Assembly: GCA_016931055.1 (NCBI GenBank)
Contig: JAFGFL010000091.1
Span: forward strand, 42,108-106,107
Reading direction: 5' to 3'
DNA: 64,000 nucleotides
DNA from: Candidatus Omnitrophota bacterium
GTDB taxonomy: Bacteria; Omnitrophota; Gorgyraeia; Zapsychrales; Zapsychraceae
A program made the position numbers and the translations under genes. The stretch's first letter is position 1. Each line of letters begins with the position of its first letter. A model generated the notes under the pieces. It was not told the DNA's origin. It did no database searches and saw nothing but the letters and a program-made list of their open reading frames with translations. Positions 1 through 9,214 of this stretch are shown piece after piece.

Positions 1-420
1 ATGCGCAAATCCGTCAAATATACCCTGAAAACCATCAATTCGATCAGTCTTATTAAGGACCGGCTAAAAGAACTTTTGTTCTCATTGTATCGAAATGGGA
101 CCAGGAATTTTTATATCATTGGCAAACATGACTTGAGCATGCTGGTTGAAATGGTCATCAAAGACATTCATTGGAATGATTGTTCTTTCAAGATTCTTGA
201 TGAAACTCCCAGGGACAAAGTAGATGGAATATTGCTGATATGCAATGAACATGTGAATGAAGAGGCGCTGGTTATCCATAATTATGTGCATCTCATTCAT
301 GAACTTGCGAGGGACTCTCACGCGATCCAAGTTACAGGCTGCGGTCTTTCTTTTGAGAAAAATTATAAAGCGACATGTGAAAGTGATGAAGGAATTGAAC
401 CTGTAAAAAAGGCTGGTTAA
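1..420 (+). CDS. hypothetical protein; the window starts at its first codon, so its true start may lie upstream
   Basis: Open frame from nt 1 to the stop at 418-420; I recognise no motif. Confidence 0.3.
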   Translation: MRKSVKYTLKTINSISLIKDRLKELLFSLYRNGTRNFYIIGKHDLSMLVEMVIKDIHWNDCSFKILDETPRDKVDGILLICNEHVNEEALVIHNYVHLIHELARDSHAIQVTGCGLSFEKNYKATCESDEGIEPVKKAG

Positions 421-423
421 GTC

Positions 424-1188
424 ATGAAAAGTCTTAAAAAGAGAATTAATGGTGGTGAATTAACTATCGGATCATGGATCACGATCAGTTCACCCGAGAA
501 TGTTGAAGTGATGGGGCAGTTTGGATTTGACTGGCTTACGGTTGATATGGAACATTCTATGATTACGTTGCCGCAGGCGCAACAGTTGGTCCGAACCATC
601 AAGTCGATGAATATTCCGGCTTTAGTGCGGGTGGAGGAAAATAATGCGAATAATATAAAAAGGGTAATGGATCTAGGAGCGGATGGGATTATTGTTCCGA
701 TGGTGCTATCGAAAGAAGGCGCGCAGAGAGCTGTTGAAGCGGTGAAATATCCACCGCAAGGAATCAGAGGAGTCGGTTTGACCCGGGCGCAAGGATATGG
801 TTTCAAATTTGATTCTTACAAGGAATGGGTTAAGCGAGAAAGTATTGTCATTGCCATTATCGAACACTATAAGGCGGTGGACCATCTGGAAGAGATTTTG
901 TCTGTTGATGGCATAGACGCGACAATGATCGGTCCCTATGACCTTTCCGGATCAATGGGTTATCCGGGGGAATATAAGCGCAAGAATGTTGCTGATCAAA
1001 TTGCGCGTTATCTTAAGGTTAGTAAAGCGTTGAATAAACCAGCTGGTTTCCATGTTGTTCCTCCGGTAGCAAAACAGGTGGACGAAAAAATCAGAAGAGG
1101 ATTTAAATTTCTTGCCTTTGGAACAGACGCGCTCTTTTTAGGAACGAAGATCAAGGAACAATTGCGAATGGTCAAGAAATTGAAATGA
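424..1188 (+). CDS. HpcH/HpaI-family class II (pyruvate) aldolase
   Basis: About 250 aa; overall resemblance to the 2-keto-3-deoxy-acid aldolase family (the DxxH.. divalent-metal aldolase TIM-barrel pattern, LGADGIIVPMV, IGPYDLS); the start sits directly after the upstream stop. Confidence 0.7.
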   Translation: MKSLKKRINGGELTIGSWITISSPENVEVMGQFGFDWLTVDMEHSMITLPQAQQLVRTIKSMNIPALVRVEENNANNIKRVMDLGADGIIVPMVLSKEGAQRAVEAVKYPPQGIRGVGLTRAQGYGFKFDSYKEWVKRESIVIAIIEHYKAVDHLEEILSVDGIDATMIGPYDLSGSMGYPGEYKRKNVADQIARYLKVSKALNKPAGFHVVPPVAKQVDEKIRRGFKFLAFGTDALFLGTKIKEQLRMVKKLK

Positions 1189-1192
1189 TTTG

Positions 1193-2026
1193 ATGCGGAC
1201 GGAAACCAAAATAAAGATATTCAATAAATTGTCGGGCCTTTTAACGGATTCATTAACGTCAGCGGCAAGAGAACAGTCTTTGCTTAATTTGCGGAGAAAA
1301 CTAGAGGCTATCGTGCCCGATATCAAGGAACAATATACGGCTTTCAAGGTGGACAATGAGTATCTTCGGGCGAAGGTAAGGAATATGCATGCTTTTCAGA
1401 TATCGCTTGTCCAGCCGGTTGTCAGCCAATTTGAAAGCCCGACTATTGTCGATATCGGGGATTCTGCCGGGACACATATCCAGTATTTAAAGGGACTTTT
1501 TTCTGATAGTTGTTCATTAAAATGTTTAAGCGTGAATCTGGAAAAGGAAGCGGTTGAGAAAGTCAGGCAAAAAGGGATTGAAGCTATTCAGGCGAGAGCG
1601 GAAAATTTGGTCCAATATGATGTTCAAGCTGATATTTTTCTTTGTTTTGAAATGCTGGAGCATTTAATGGATCCTTGCCGGTTTCTGTATGAATTGTCGA
1701 TGAAAACGAAAGCGAGGTTTTTAATTCTAACGGTTCCGTATGTGAAAAAAAGCCGGATTGGCCTGTATCAAATCCGAAATAATAGAAATGAGGATTTTGG
1801 TGCGGAAACGACGCATATTTTTGAACTATCCCCTGAGGATTGGAAATTGCTTTTCCGATTCACGGGATGGCGGGTTGACCATGAAGTTGTTTACCGGCAG
1901 TATCCTCGAAAAAACTGGCTGCGCCTGACCAGTTACTATTGGCGAAAATATGATTTTGAAGGATTTTTTGGGGTGCGTTTAATTCCGGACCATTCGTGGT
2001 CCTCAAGATATCAGGATTGGTCATAG
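1193..2026 (+). CDS. class I SAM-dependent methyltransferase-like protein
   Basis: Motif I-like VDIGDSAGTH; motif II/III-like DIFLCFEMLEHL; the ATG at 1193 follows a TTG at 1190. Confidence 0.45.
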   Translation: MRTETKIKIFNKLSGLLTDSLTSAAREQSLLNLRRKLEAIVPDIKEQYTAFKVDNEYLRAKVRNMHAFQISLVQPVVSQFESPTIVDIGDSAGTHIQYLKGLFSDSCSLKCLSVNLEKEAVEKVRQKGIEAIQARAENLVQYDVQADIFLCFEMLEHLMDPCRFLYELSMKTKARFLILTVPYVKKSRIGLYQIRNNRNEDFGAETTHIFELSPEDWKLLFRFTGWRVDHEVVYRQYPRKNWLRLTSYYWRKYDFEGFFGVRLIPDHSWSSRYQDWS

Positions 2027-2027
2027 G

Positions 2028-2837
2028 ATGAAAAGAATGAAAATAACTGCCATTATCCCTGTCCGCATGCAAGCCACACGGTTTTCTGGTAAACCGCTAG
2101 CTTTAATTTTGGGATTACCTATGGTGGAACATGTTCGCCGCCGGGTTTCTTTATGCCGGGAATTAAGTAATGTTATTGTTGCCACTTGTGATCAAGAGAT
2201 CAAAGAGGTTGTTGAGAAAGCAGGAGGAAAGGTCATCATGACGGCTGACACCCATCAGCGTTGCACGGATCGCATTGCCGAAGCGGCAAGGAACATTGAT
2301 GCGGACATAATCATCAATGTTCAAGGCGATGAACCGCTTGTTATACCGGAAATGATGAACGCGGTTATAGAGCCGTTTTTGTCGGATTTAAAAGTGCCTT
2401 GTGTCAACATGATTGCTCCGATTCTGGAAAAAGAAGAATTTGAGGATCCTAATGCTCCGAAGGTTGTCCGGAATCTGAAAGGCGATATCCTTTATATTTC
2501 AAGAGAACCGATTCCTTCCAAAAAGAAAGCGGCTCATGAAAATTATCCAAAATGGAAGCAGTTGGGATTGATTGCGTTTCGCAGTGATTTTCTTCAGACA
2601 TTTGCACGGCTTAAACCGACGCTATTGGAAGAGGTGGAATCCGTTGATATGATGCGGGCCATTGAACATGGATTTAGAGTGCGCACGGTCGTGACAGAGG
2701 CGAAAATGATCGGGGTTGATGTTCCCGCTGATGTTGGAAAAGTCGAACAGGTTTTAAGAACAGACCCATTATTTGAGAGATATATGTCTCGGTCAGTTAA
2801 TGCTGGACAAACAAACGATGAACGGATGGTCATATGA
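2028..2837 (+). CDS. kdsB: 3-deoxy-manno-octulosonate cytidylyltransferase (CMP-Kdo synthetase)-like
   Basis: IIPVRMQATRFSGKPL, VIVATCD, GGKVIMT..HQRCTDRIAEA, NVQGDEPLV, PNAPKVV, ILYISREPIP, GVDVPADV; these are colinear with the E. coli KdsB motifs IIPARYASTRLPGKPL / NVQGDEPMIP / GVDTPEDL. Confidence 0.8.
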   Translation: MKRMKITAIIPVRMQATRFSGKPLALILGLPMVEHVRRRVSLCRELSNVIVATCDQEIKEVVEKAGGKVIMTADTHQRCTDRIAEAARNIDADIIINVQGDEPLVIPEMMNAVIEPFLSDLKVPCVNMIAPILEKEEFEDPNAPKVVRNLKGDILYISREPIPSKKKAAHENYPKWKQLGLIAFRSDFLQTFARLKPTLLEEVESVDMMRAIEHGFRVRTVVTEAKMIGVDVPADVGKVEQVLRTDPLFERYMSRSVNAGQTNDERMVI

Positions 2838-3889
2838 ATAGATTGAGAGTGGGCATCGCGGGTTTTGGGGTTGTCGGAAATCGCCGGAGGGAAGTGATTG
2901 ATCAAAATCCGTATTTCCAGACAGTGGCGGCGTGTGATCAAAAGTTTATTCAAAATATGCCTAAATCGAAGGACCTGAAGTTTTTCACAAACTACAAAGA
3001 TTTATTGAAGGTGCCTCTGGATGTTTTGTTTGTGTGTCTGCCGAATTATTTGGCGGCGGAGGTAACAATCGCCGGATTAGAACGAGGGGTGCATGTCTTT
3101 TGCGAAAAACCACCGGGTCGGATGGTCGAAGACATTGAGCGGGTCATCGAAGCGGAAAAGAAACATCCGCAGTTGAAATTAAAATATGGCTTTAACCATC
3201 GGTACCATGATTCCGTTCAGGAAGCCTTAAGGATTGTCCATTCCGGGGAGTTGGGTGAGATCATCAATATGCGGGGCGTTTACGGAAAAAGCAAGATTAT
3301 TCCTTTCTCCGGTGGGTGGCGGGCGGAGCGGCGGTATTCCGGCGGAGGGATCCTTCTGGATCAGGGCATCCACATGGTCGATCTGATGCGGTTGTTTTGC
3401 GGGGAATTTGAGGAGGTCAAAAGCTTTGTCTCAAACAGTTATTGGAACCATGATGTGGAGGATAACGCTTACGCAATCATGCGCGATCGCAAAGGGCGCA
3501 TCGCGATGCTCCATTCAACAGCGACTCAATGGCAGCACCAATTTTCGCTGGAAATCGCCCTGACGCAAGGGTCTCTTTGTTTGAAAGGAATCCTCTCCGG
3601 GTCTAAAAGTTATGGCCAGGAGCAGCTCATCAAGGCAAGGCGCAGCGAGGCGGATACCGGGATCGAAGGCGAAGAAGTGGTCAATTACTTAAATGATGAT
3701 TCCTGGCGCAGAGAAGTTAATGAATTTGCCGATGCGGTCATCAATAATGTTCCAGTCCCATCGGGGACAAGTAGGGACGCACTGTTAACGATGCAGTTAG
3801 TGTACAAGATTTATTTCGCCGATGAAGGATGGCGCGAACAATTCCAGATTCAAGATCCCGTTAGAATTCCGGCCGGACAGGATCGTTAA
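2834..3889 (+). CDS. Gfo/Idh/MocA-family NAD(P)-dependent sugar oxidoreductase
   Basis: N-terminal Rossmann segment LRVGIAGFGVVG; EKPP motif FCEKPPG; roughly 350 aa; 4-bp start/stop overlap. Confidence 0.75.
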   Translation: MNRLRVGIAGFGVVGNRRREVIDQNPYFQTVAACDQKFIQNMPKSKDLKFFTNYKDLLKVPLDVLFVCLPNYLAAEVTIAGLERGVHVFCEKPPGRMVEDIERVIEAEKKHPQLKLKYGFNHRYHDSVQEALRIVHSGELGEIINMRGVYGKSKIIPFSGGWRAERRYSGGGILLDQGIHMVDLMRLFCGEFEEVKSFVSNSYWNHDVEDNAYAIMRDRKGRIAMLHSTATQWQHQFSLEIALTQGSLCLKGILSGSKSYGQEQLIKARRSEADTGIEGEEVVNYLNDDSWRREVNEFADAVINNVPVPSGTSRDALLTMQLVYKIYFADEGWREQFQIQDPVRIPAGQDR

Positions 3890-3903
3890 AACGGAGGAAA
3901 GCG

Positions 3904-4524
3904 ATGAATATCCTAGAGGAGATTTTTGCACAAAGCAATATCCGGACAGATTACTTTAGAAGTTATTGCGACTATTTAAAAAGACTTATCTCTCAAATCG
4001 ACATGGAATCGGTCGAGAGGGTCGTAGAGTGCTTTTCAAAAGCCAGACAGGAGAACAAGACGATTTACTTTGCCGGCAACGGAGGGAGCGCCGCGACCGC
4101 TTCCCATTTTGCCCAGGACATGAACGAGATCGGTCGAAAAATTCGCGGGAAAGGGTTTAGGACGCAAAGTATTAACGACAGTGTGGCTGCGCTGACGGCG
4201 ATCAGCAACGATTACAGTTATGACAATGTGTTTGCCATGCAGATTCAGTACAACTTTGATGAAGGCGATGTTTTGGTTGTTATCTCGGCTAGCGGGAACA
4301 GCCCAAATGTGATCAATGCCGTCAAACTAGCGAAAGAAAAGGGTGGAACAACAATTGGGTTGGTTGGGTTTGATGGAGGACGACTGGCACAGATCTGTGA
4401 CCATGTTGTTCATATTAAAAGTAAAAAGGGCGAATATGGCCCGGTGGAAGATATCCATCTGGTTCTCGATCACCTGATTGTTTCCTACTTGACGATGGAA
4501 TTAGCTAAAGAGAACAATCCATGA
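3904..4524 (+). CDS. gmhA: SIS-domain sugar-phosphate isomerase, GmhA-like (sedoheptulose-7-phosphate isomerase)
   Basis: FAGNGGSAATASHFAQD, ISASGNSPNVINAVKLAKEKG and GFDGG are colinear with the E. coli GmhA motifs CGNGGS..HFAEE, STSGNSANVI and GKDGG; 206 aa with no CBS pair, so not KdsD. Confidence 0.7.
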   Translation: MNILEEIFAQSNIRTDYFRSYCDYLKRLISQIDMESVERVVECFSKARQENKTIYFAGNGGSAATASHFAQDMNEIGRKIRGKGFRTQSINDSVAALTAISNDYSYDNVFAMQIQYNFDEGDVLVVISASGNSPNVINAVKLAKEKGGTTIGLVGFDGGRLAQICDHVVHIKSKKGEYGPVEDIHLVLDHLIVSYLTMELAKENNP

Positions 4525-5435
4525 AGAGAAAAGTCCTTGTTTCAACATCGACATTTGCCGATTCTGACGATGCTCCGTTAAAGAAGCTTAAGAAGTCCGG
4601 ATTTGAGGTCATGCTGAATCCTTATAAACGCAAGCTTTCCAAAGAAGAGTTGATGCAATTATTGCCGGGAGTTAGCGGCCTAATAGCCGGTTTAGAGACC
4701 CTTGATCATGAAGTGATGTCCCGGTCGCAACTGAAAGTTATATCGCGTTGCGGTTCGGGGACGTCAAATGTGGATAAGGAAACAGCCGGTAAACTTGGGA
4801 TCCGGGTGTGTAACACGCCTGATGGCCCAACGGATGCTGTTGCTGAGCTGACGATCGCATGCCTTCTGAACTTGCTGCGCAAGGTGTCGATAATGGATCA
4901 GGCCCTTCACCAGGGACGGTGGGAAAAACAGACGGGACTTCAATTGGAAGGCAAAACGGTTGTAATCATCGGATTAGGCAGGATAGGACGCCGAGTGGCG
5001 CAATTGTTAATCCCGTTCGGAGCGAGGATCATCGGTGTTGACCCGTTTGTCAATAAAGCCGATGCTTCAATTAAGATTTTGTCACTTCAAGAGGCTTTAC
5101 CGTTGGCCGATATCATAACGTTTCATTGCAGCGGTGAAAAATGTTTATTATCTGATAACGAATTTGGTTTGGTGAAAAAGGGCGTGTTTTTGCTGAATGC
5201 GGCGAGAGGAACATTAGTTGACGAGAAGGCATTAATTGAGGCTTTAGACACAAGCCGCGTAGCAGGTGTTTGGTTGGATACATTCGGGCAAGAACCATAT
5301 TCGGGGAAATTGATCCGGTATTCTCAGGTGCTATTGACACCGCATGTCGGTTCATACACGAAAGAATGCCGCCAGCAGATGGAAATGCAGGCGGTTAATA
5401 ATTTAATTGAGGCTTTAGCCAAATATGAATATTGA
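4521..5435 (+). CDS. D-isomer-specific 2-hydroxyacid dehydrogenase family protein
   Basis: NAD-binding GKTVVIIGLGRIGRRVA; downstream catalytic-domain pattern (LLNAARG..VDE, TPHVGS); 4-bp overlap with the upstream gene. Confidence 0.75.
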   Translation: MKRKVLVSTSTFADSDDAPLKKLKKSGFEVMLNPYKRKLSKEELMQLLPGVSGLIAGLETLDHEVMSRSQLKVISRCGSGTSNVDKETAGKLGIRVCNTPDGPTDAVAELTIACLLNLLRKVSIMDQALHQGRWEKQTGLQLEGKTVVIIGLGRIGRRVAQLLIPFGARIIGVDPFVNKADASIKILSLQEALPLADIITFHCSGEKCLLSDNEFGLVKKGVFLLNAARGTLVDEKALIEALDTSRVAGVWLDTFGQEPYSGKLIRYSQVLLTPHVGSYTKECRQQMEMQAVNNLIEALAKYEY

Positions 5436-6174
5436 ATTCCAAAACAAGATTGTTCTTGTCACGGGATCGACAAGGGGTATCGGCAGACAGATTGCGGAAG
5501 ATTTTGGAAAGTCAGGCGCCCAATTGATCCTGACTGGAACGCAACAGCGCCAGATTGATCAACTTAACGCGAGGGCAAAGAAACTCAGATTGAAACGAAG
5601 ATATTATTGTGTTGATTTCTCTTCCCGGGAAAGTTTACGAACGTTTCTCAAAGAAATTGAACAATATAAGCGCATTGATGTTTGTGTCAATAATGCCGGT
5701 ATCAACCGGTTAAATGAGGTGGATAGGACGAAAGAAGAGGATTGGGATGACATGATCGAAGTGAATTTACGGGCACCGTTTATGTTGATCCGCCAAATTG
5801 GCAAACAAATGAAAAAGCAGCGTTATGGGCGCATCATTAATATTTCCTCTATTTTTGGCATCGTAAGTCGTGAGAAACGATCAATCTATACGACAACGAA
5901 ATCCGGTCTGCATGGATTGACGGTTGCCGCGGCGCTTGAATTGGCCAAGTATAATGTTCTGGTGAACACGGTTTCCCCCGGATTTACACGGACAGATTTG
6001 ACCAACAAGAACCTGAGTAAAGAAGACCAAAAAGAAATTGCACGACAAGTACCCATGCAAAGATTCGGAAACACTCAGGATATTTCAAAAGTTGTTCTCT
6101 TTTGCGCGAGCGTATTAAACACCTATATGACAGGGCAGAATATTATTGTGGATGGAGGGTTTATCTGTGCCTAA
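5425..6174 (+). CDS. classical short-chain dehydrogenase/reductase (SDR)
   Basis: VLVTGSTRGIGRQIA (TGxxxGIG), NNAG, YTTTKSG (YxxxK). Confidence 0.75.
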   Translation: MNIEFQNKIVLVTGSTRGIGRQIAEDFGKSGAQLILTGTQQRQIDQLNARAKKLRLKRRYYCVDFSSRESLRTFLKEIEQYKRIDVCVNNAGINRLNEVDRTKEEDWDDMIEVNLRAPFMLIRQIGKQMKKQRYGRIINISSIFGIVSREKRSIYTTTKSGLHGLTVAAALELAKYNVLVNTVSPGFTRTDLTNKNLSKEDQKEIARQVPMQRFGNTQDISKVVLFCASVLNTYMTGQNIIVDGGFICA

Positions 6175-7243
6175 TTCATTTAGTGTCCGTTCCCTATTCC
6201 GTGAATATTCTGTCGAGTTTATCGACAATTTGAAACAAAGAATCCGGTCTTTGGTGGACAAAGGTCATTTCTTCGTTATTGACGCCGGGGTTTACGATCT
6301 CTATCAGGATTGTTTTAAGACGGTTGTTTCAAAAGACGCTCTATTTATCGAAGAAGCGATAGAAAAAGCGAAGACATTTGAAAATAGTTATTCTCTGATC
6401 AAGCGTTTAATGGCGTCTGGTGTCCGAAAGAATACGACCTTGGTGGCTGTTGGCGGCGGCGTTATCCAGGACCTGACGGCGTTCGTCAGTTCTATCCTGT
6501 TCAGGGGGATCGAGTGGATGTTCTTTCCGACGACCCTCTTGGCCCAGGCGGACAGCTGTATCGGGAGCAAGACATCGATCAATATGGAGGGTTATAAAAA
6601 CATTTTGGGGAATTTTTATCCGCCATCAAAGATTTTCATTGACCTGAAATTCCTAGAATCTTTAAATGATGGGGATATCAAATCCGGTATTGGGGAGATG
6701 ATGCATTTTTATTTTGTGGCTGGAAGTCCATATGCGGAGAAAATCGCGACACATTATCAAGAGTTGTTTGCCGGCCGAGAATGGTTCGGTGAATATATTG
6801 ATGCCAGCTTGGCCATAAAGAAAGATGTTATCGAGCGGGATGAATTTGATAAAGGCGAACGTAACCTGTTTAATTATGGCCATACATTTGGTCACGCGAT
6901 TGAAACGATCACGGATTATAAAGTGCCGCATGGTCAGGCGGTGACGTTAGGGATGGATATCGCGAATTATATATCTCTTCAGAGGGGGATGATTGATCTG
7001 GAGATATTTGGCCGGATGCGCCAGATTTTGATGAACAATTTGCCGAAATTGGAAATTTCCGATGAGCAAATGGATCGATATATGGATGCTTTGTCAAAAG
7101 ACAAAAAAAATACGAACCAGGGCCTGACATGTATTTTAACGGAGGGCCCGGGGCGGATGAAGAGGGTCTGTATTCCGATGGATGAACCATTACGCAACAT
7201 GATCGGTTCGTGTGTTAACCATTACGCGGTAAATAGGTCTTAA
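6167..7243 (+). CDS. 3-dehydroquinate-synthase-family sugar-phosphate cyclase (DHQS-like; EEVS/DOIS-like)
   Basis: LVAVGGGVIQDLTAFVSS, FFPTTLLAQADSCIGSKTSIN and NYGHTFGHAIE match the conserved DHQS nucleotide and metal-site motifs. A GTG at 6167 with GGAGGG 8 nt upstream is the likely start; the track ORF begins at an ATG at 6146. Confidence 0.7.
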   Translation: MPNSFSVRSLFREYSVEFIDNLKQRIRSLVDKGHFFVIDAGVYDLYQDCFKTVVSKDALFIEEAIEKAKTFENSYSLIKRLMASGVRKNTTLVAVGGGVIQDLTAFVSSILFRGIEWMFFPTTLLAQADSCIGSKTSINMEGYKNILGNFYPPSKIFIDLKFLESLNDGDIKSGIGEMMHFYFVAGSPYAEKIATHYQELFAGREWFGEYIDASLAIKKDVIERDEFDKGERNLFNYGHTFGHAIETITDYKVPHGQAVTLGMDIANYISLQRGMIDLEIFGRMRQILMNNLPKLEISDEQMDRYMDALSKDKKNTNQGLTCILTEGPGRMKRVCIPMDEPLRNMIGSCVNHYAVNRS

Positions 7244-7244
7244 T

Positions 7245-9212
7245 ATGGCGACGGGATTCAAAAACGCAAAAACATTATGGGCTTGTTGGATGAAGCCTGC
7301 TGATCTGCCGGAAGAAGCGGTTGTTCTCAGTTTTCTTAAACCGAGCGTTGAAGAAGAAATGAGAAAACAAGGGAAAACGGCTGAATTGATTTTCGCGCGG
7401 CAGAAAGCGGCGGATGTTAAACAAAAGGCATTGGACATGTATGTTGAAATGGTCGCTCAGCTCGGGACGGTTTCTTTAAAAGATGGAAAAACATTGCGAA
7501 AGGCGTTAGAGGACGGGGAAGGAATCAGCTCGTGGTGGTTCCATCCGGTTTCAAGGAAGTATTGCGAAGGCGAGCCGACATTTAATCATATTATCCAGAT
7601 ATTGGCAATTAGTCAGGTGGCTGAGGATCATGGGTGTTCCCATATCATTGTTTACGGTGGGCCCTATGAAATTGCAGATGCATTGGGTAAACGATTTTTT
7701 GTATCGGCACAAAAATGCCGAAACCAAAATTCGTGGATGTTTGATTATATTTTGCCGCTCATGCGACGGTTTAAATTTCTTATCGTTTCGATCTATGAAC
7801 TTATTGTTCTTAAATCGTGTGTGACAAATTCAAAGCCAGCGCAAATGGATGTCCTTTTTTCTGGTTTCTGGGACTGGAGCGTCTGGGAAGATGGATCATC
7901 AAAAAAGTTGGTGGATAGGTATTTCCAGGCTGTTCCCGAGAAAGTGAAGAAAGCGGGCATGGAGGTGGGTTGGCTGGCGTGGGTTCAGCACACAACGGAT
8001 CCAAATAAAACACGTCGGTCGATTCAGCAAGCGATAAAACCGCTTCGCCGGCATCCGGAAATCATTATTGTCCAATGTTTCCTGACGATTGTCGATATTC
8101 TCAAGGCCGTTATTGATTTAAGGCCGTTCTTGATCTTTTGGCGTTACAGAAATGTTTCAGGATTAAAAGGCGTTCTTTGCCAGGAGGGGCTTGATTTCTC
8201 TCCGCTGTTTCGAGGGGCTTTGTTTGCTGGTTTTCTGGACTCAACCATTCCTCGCCATGCCTTGATCATGTTGGCTCATCAAAAAGCGGCTTCGCACCAT
8301 CGTCCCAAGAGTGTCCTGAGTTTCCTTGATTTCTTTTTGCATGCGCGGGCCGTTAATGCCGGAATAAAGAAAGGATGCCCCTCATGCGTCTTGGTTGATG
8401 TGCAGCATGCGAGTTATTCACGGGAGAAAACATTTGGGATTTTTCAGCCGAATATTGAAGTTCACGGAAACCCTGATGGATGCATGATCCCCCATCCTGA
8501 TTACATTTGCGCGATGGGTGAACTTGGAAGGGAAATTTTCATTGAAGGCGGGGCAGATCCGGAGCGAGTCTTGATGACGGGGTCTTCCCGTTATGATGGC
8601 GCGACACGAGTTGACGCGGGAGAGAAGCCAAAAACGGGTATTTCAGGGAAACGGATACTGATCGTAACGACTTTACAGAAAATGGGATCCGAATTCGAAA
8701 TGGTTGACACGGTTCATGAGGCCTTCAGGCAATTTCCGGATGTTTCATTGTCTTTACGTTCTCATCCTTTCTTCAGAATGCAAGATAGTCCTGAATTTCA
8801 GCCTTACAAAGACAGAATACAATGCACTTCCGGAACTTCCCTGGATGATGATTTGAACAAGGCGGATATCGTCTTATTCTCTTATTCAACTGTTGCGGAA
8901 GAAGCATTTATTCGAGGGATTCCCGTTTGGCAATGGATTACAGCGGGGTATAACGCGTCCGTGTTCCGGGATATCGGGATGGTGCCAACATTTTTTTCTG
9001 TTGAAAGTCTGGTTCGTGTATATCGTCGATTTCTGGAAAGTCCTGATAAGTATGTGCCTTCGGTTGAACAGAGAAAGCTGGTTAAGCGAAAATGTTTTTT
9101 TGATGACAATGGAAGCGGCAGACTTCCTTCAGATAATATTGCAGAACTGCTGGCAACCATTTGCGGGAAGAAACATGAATTATCCGAATCTAGAGAATAT
9201 GCGGGGATTTAA
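7245..9212 (+). CDS. large uncharacterised protein with a GT-B-like C-terminal region; candidate surface-carbohydrate glycosyltransferase
   Basis: 655 aa; C-terminal GKRILIVTTLQ...LRSHPFF...ADIVLFSYSTVAEEAFIRGIPV resembles the retaining GT-B / TagF-KpsC-like C-domain arrangement; I recognise no precise family. Confidence 0.3.
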   Translation: MATGFKNAKTLWACWMKPADLPEEAVVLSFLKPSVEEEMRKQGKTAELIFARQKAADVKQKALDMYVEMVAQLGTVSLKDGKTLRKALEDGEGISSWWFHPVSRKYCEGEPTFNHIIQILAISQVAEDHGCSHIIVYGGPYEIADALGKRFFVSAQKCRNQNSWMFDYILPLMRRFKFLIVSIYELIVLKSCVTNSKPAQMDVLFSGFWDWSVWEDGSSKKLVDRYFQAVPEKVKKAGMEVGWLAWVQHTTDPNKTRRSIQQAIKPLRRHPEIIIVQCFLTIVDILKAVIDLRPFLIFWRYRNVSGLKGVLCQEGLDFSPLFRGALFAGFLDSTIPRHALIMLAHQKAASHHRPKSVLSFLDFFLHARAVNAGIKKGCPSCVLVDVQHASYSREKTFGIFQPNIEVHGNPDGCMIPHPDYICAMGELGREIFIEGGADPERVLMTGSSRYDGATRVDAGEKPKTGISGKRILIVTTLQKMGSEFEMVDTVHEAFRQFPDVSLSLRSHPFFRMQDSPEFQPYKDRIQCTSGTSLDDDLNKADIVLFSYSTVAEEAFIRGIPVWQWITAGYNASVFRDIGMVPTFFSVESLVRVYRRFLESPDKYVPSVEQRKLVKRKCFFDDNGSGRLPSDNIAELLATICGKKHELSESREYAGI

Positions 9213-9214
9213 TA

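Noticed and set aside
3966-4160. Nested same-strand small ORFs (3966-4160, 4859-5041, 11306-11704, 13059-13250, 15332-15595, 19269-19529, 19607-19828, 19977-20195, 20258-20485, 22133-22336, 23003-23236, 24007-24207, 24250-24465, 24558-24752, 25870-26154, 26410-26610, 26728-26979, 27765-27959, 30067-30267, 30549-30809, 30879-31064, 36211-36498, 39328-39525, 41035-41232, 41319-41534, 41658-41861, 43064-43285, 43802-44026, 44363-44551, 45581-45811, 51475-51675, 51798-52037, 52836-53066, 58337-58519)
   Set aside because: Alternative-frame ORFs fully inside well-supported genes; Arg/Gly/Trp-rich; no independent start signals.
3904-4524. Reading the SIS protein as KdsD (arabinose-5-phosphate isomerase), which would have fitted the KdsB neighbour
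   Set aside because: Only 206 aa with no C-terminal CBS pair, and its motifs (GNGGSAA..HFAQD, SASGNSPNVI, GFDGG) are colinear with GmhA rather than KdsD. Kept as GmhA-like.
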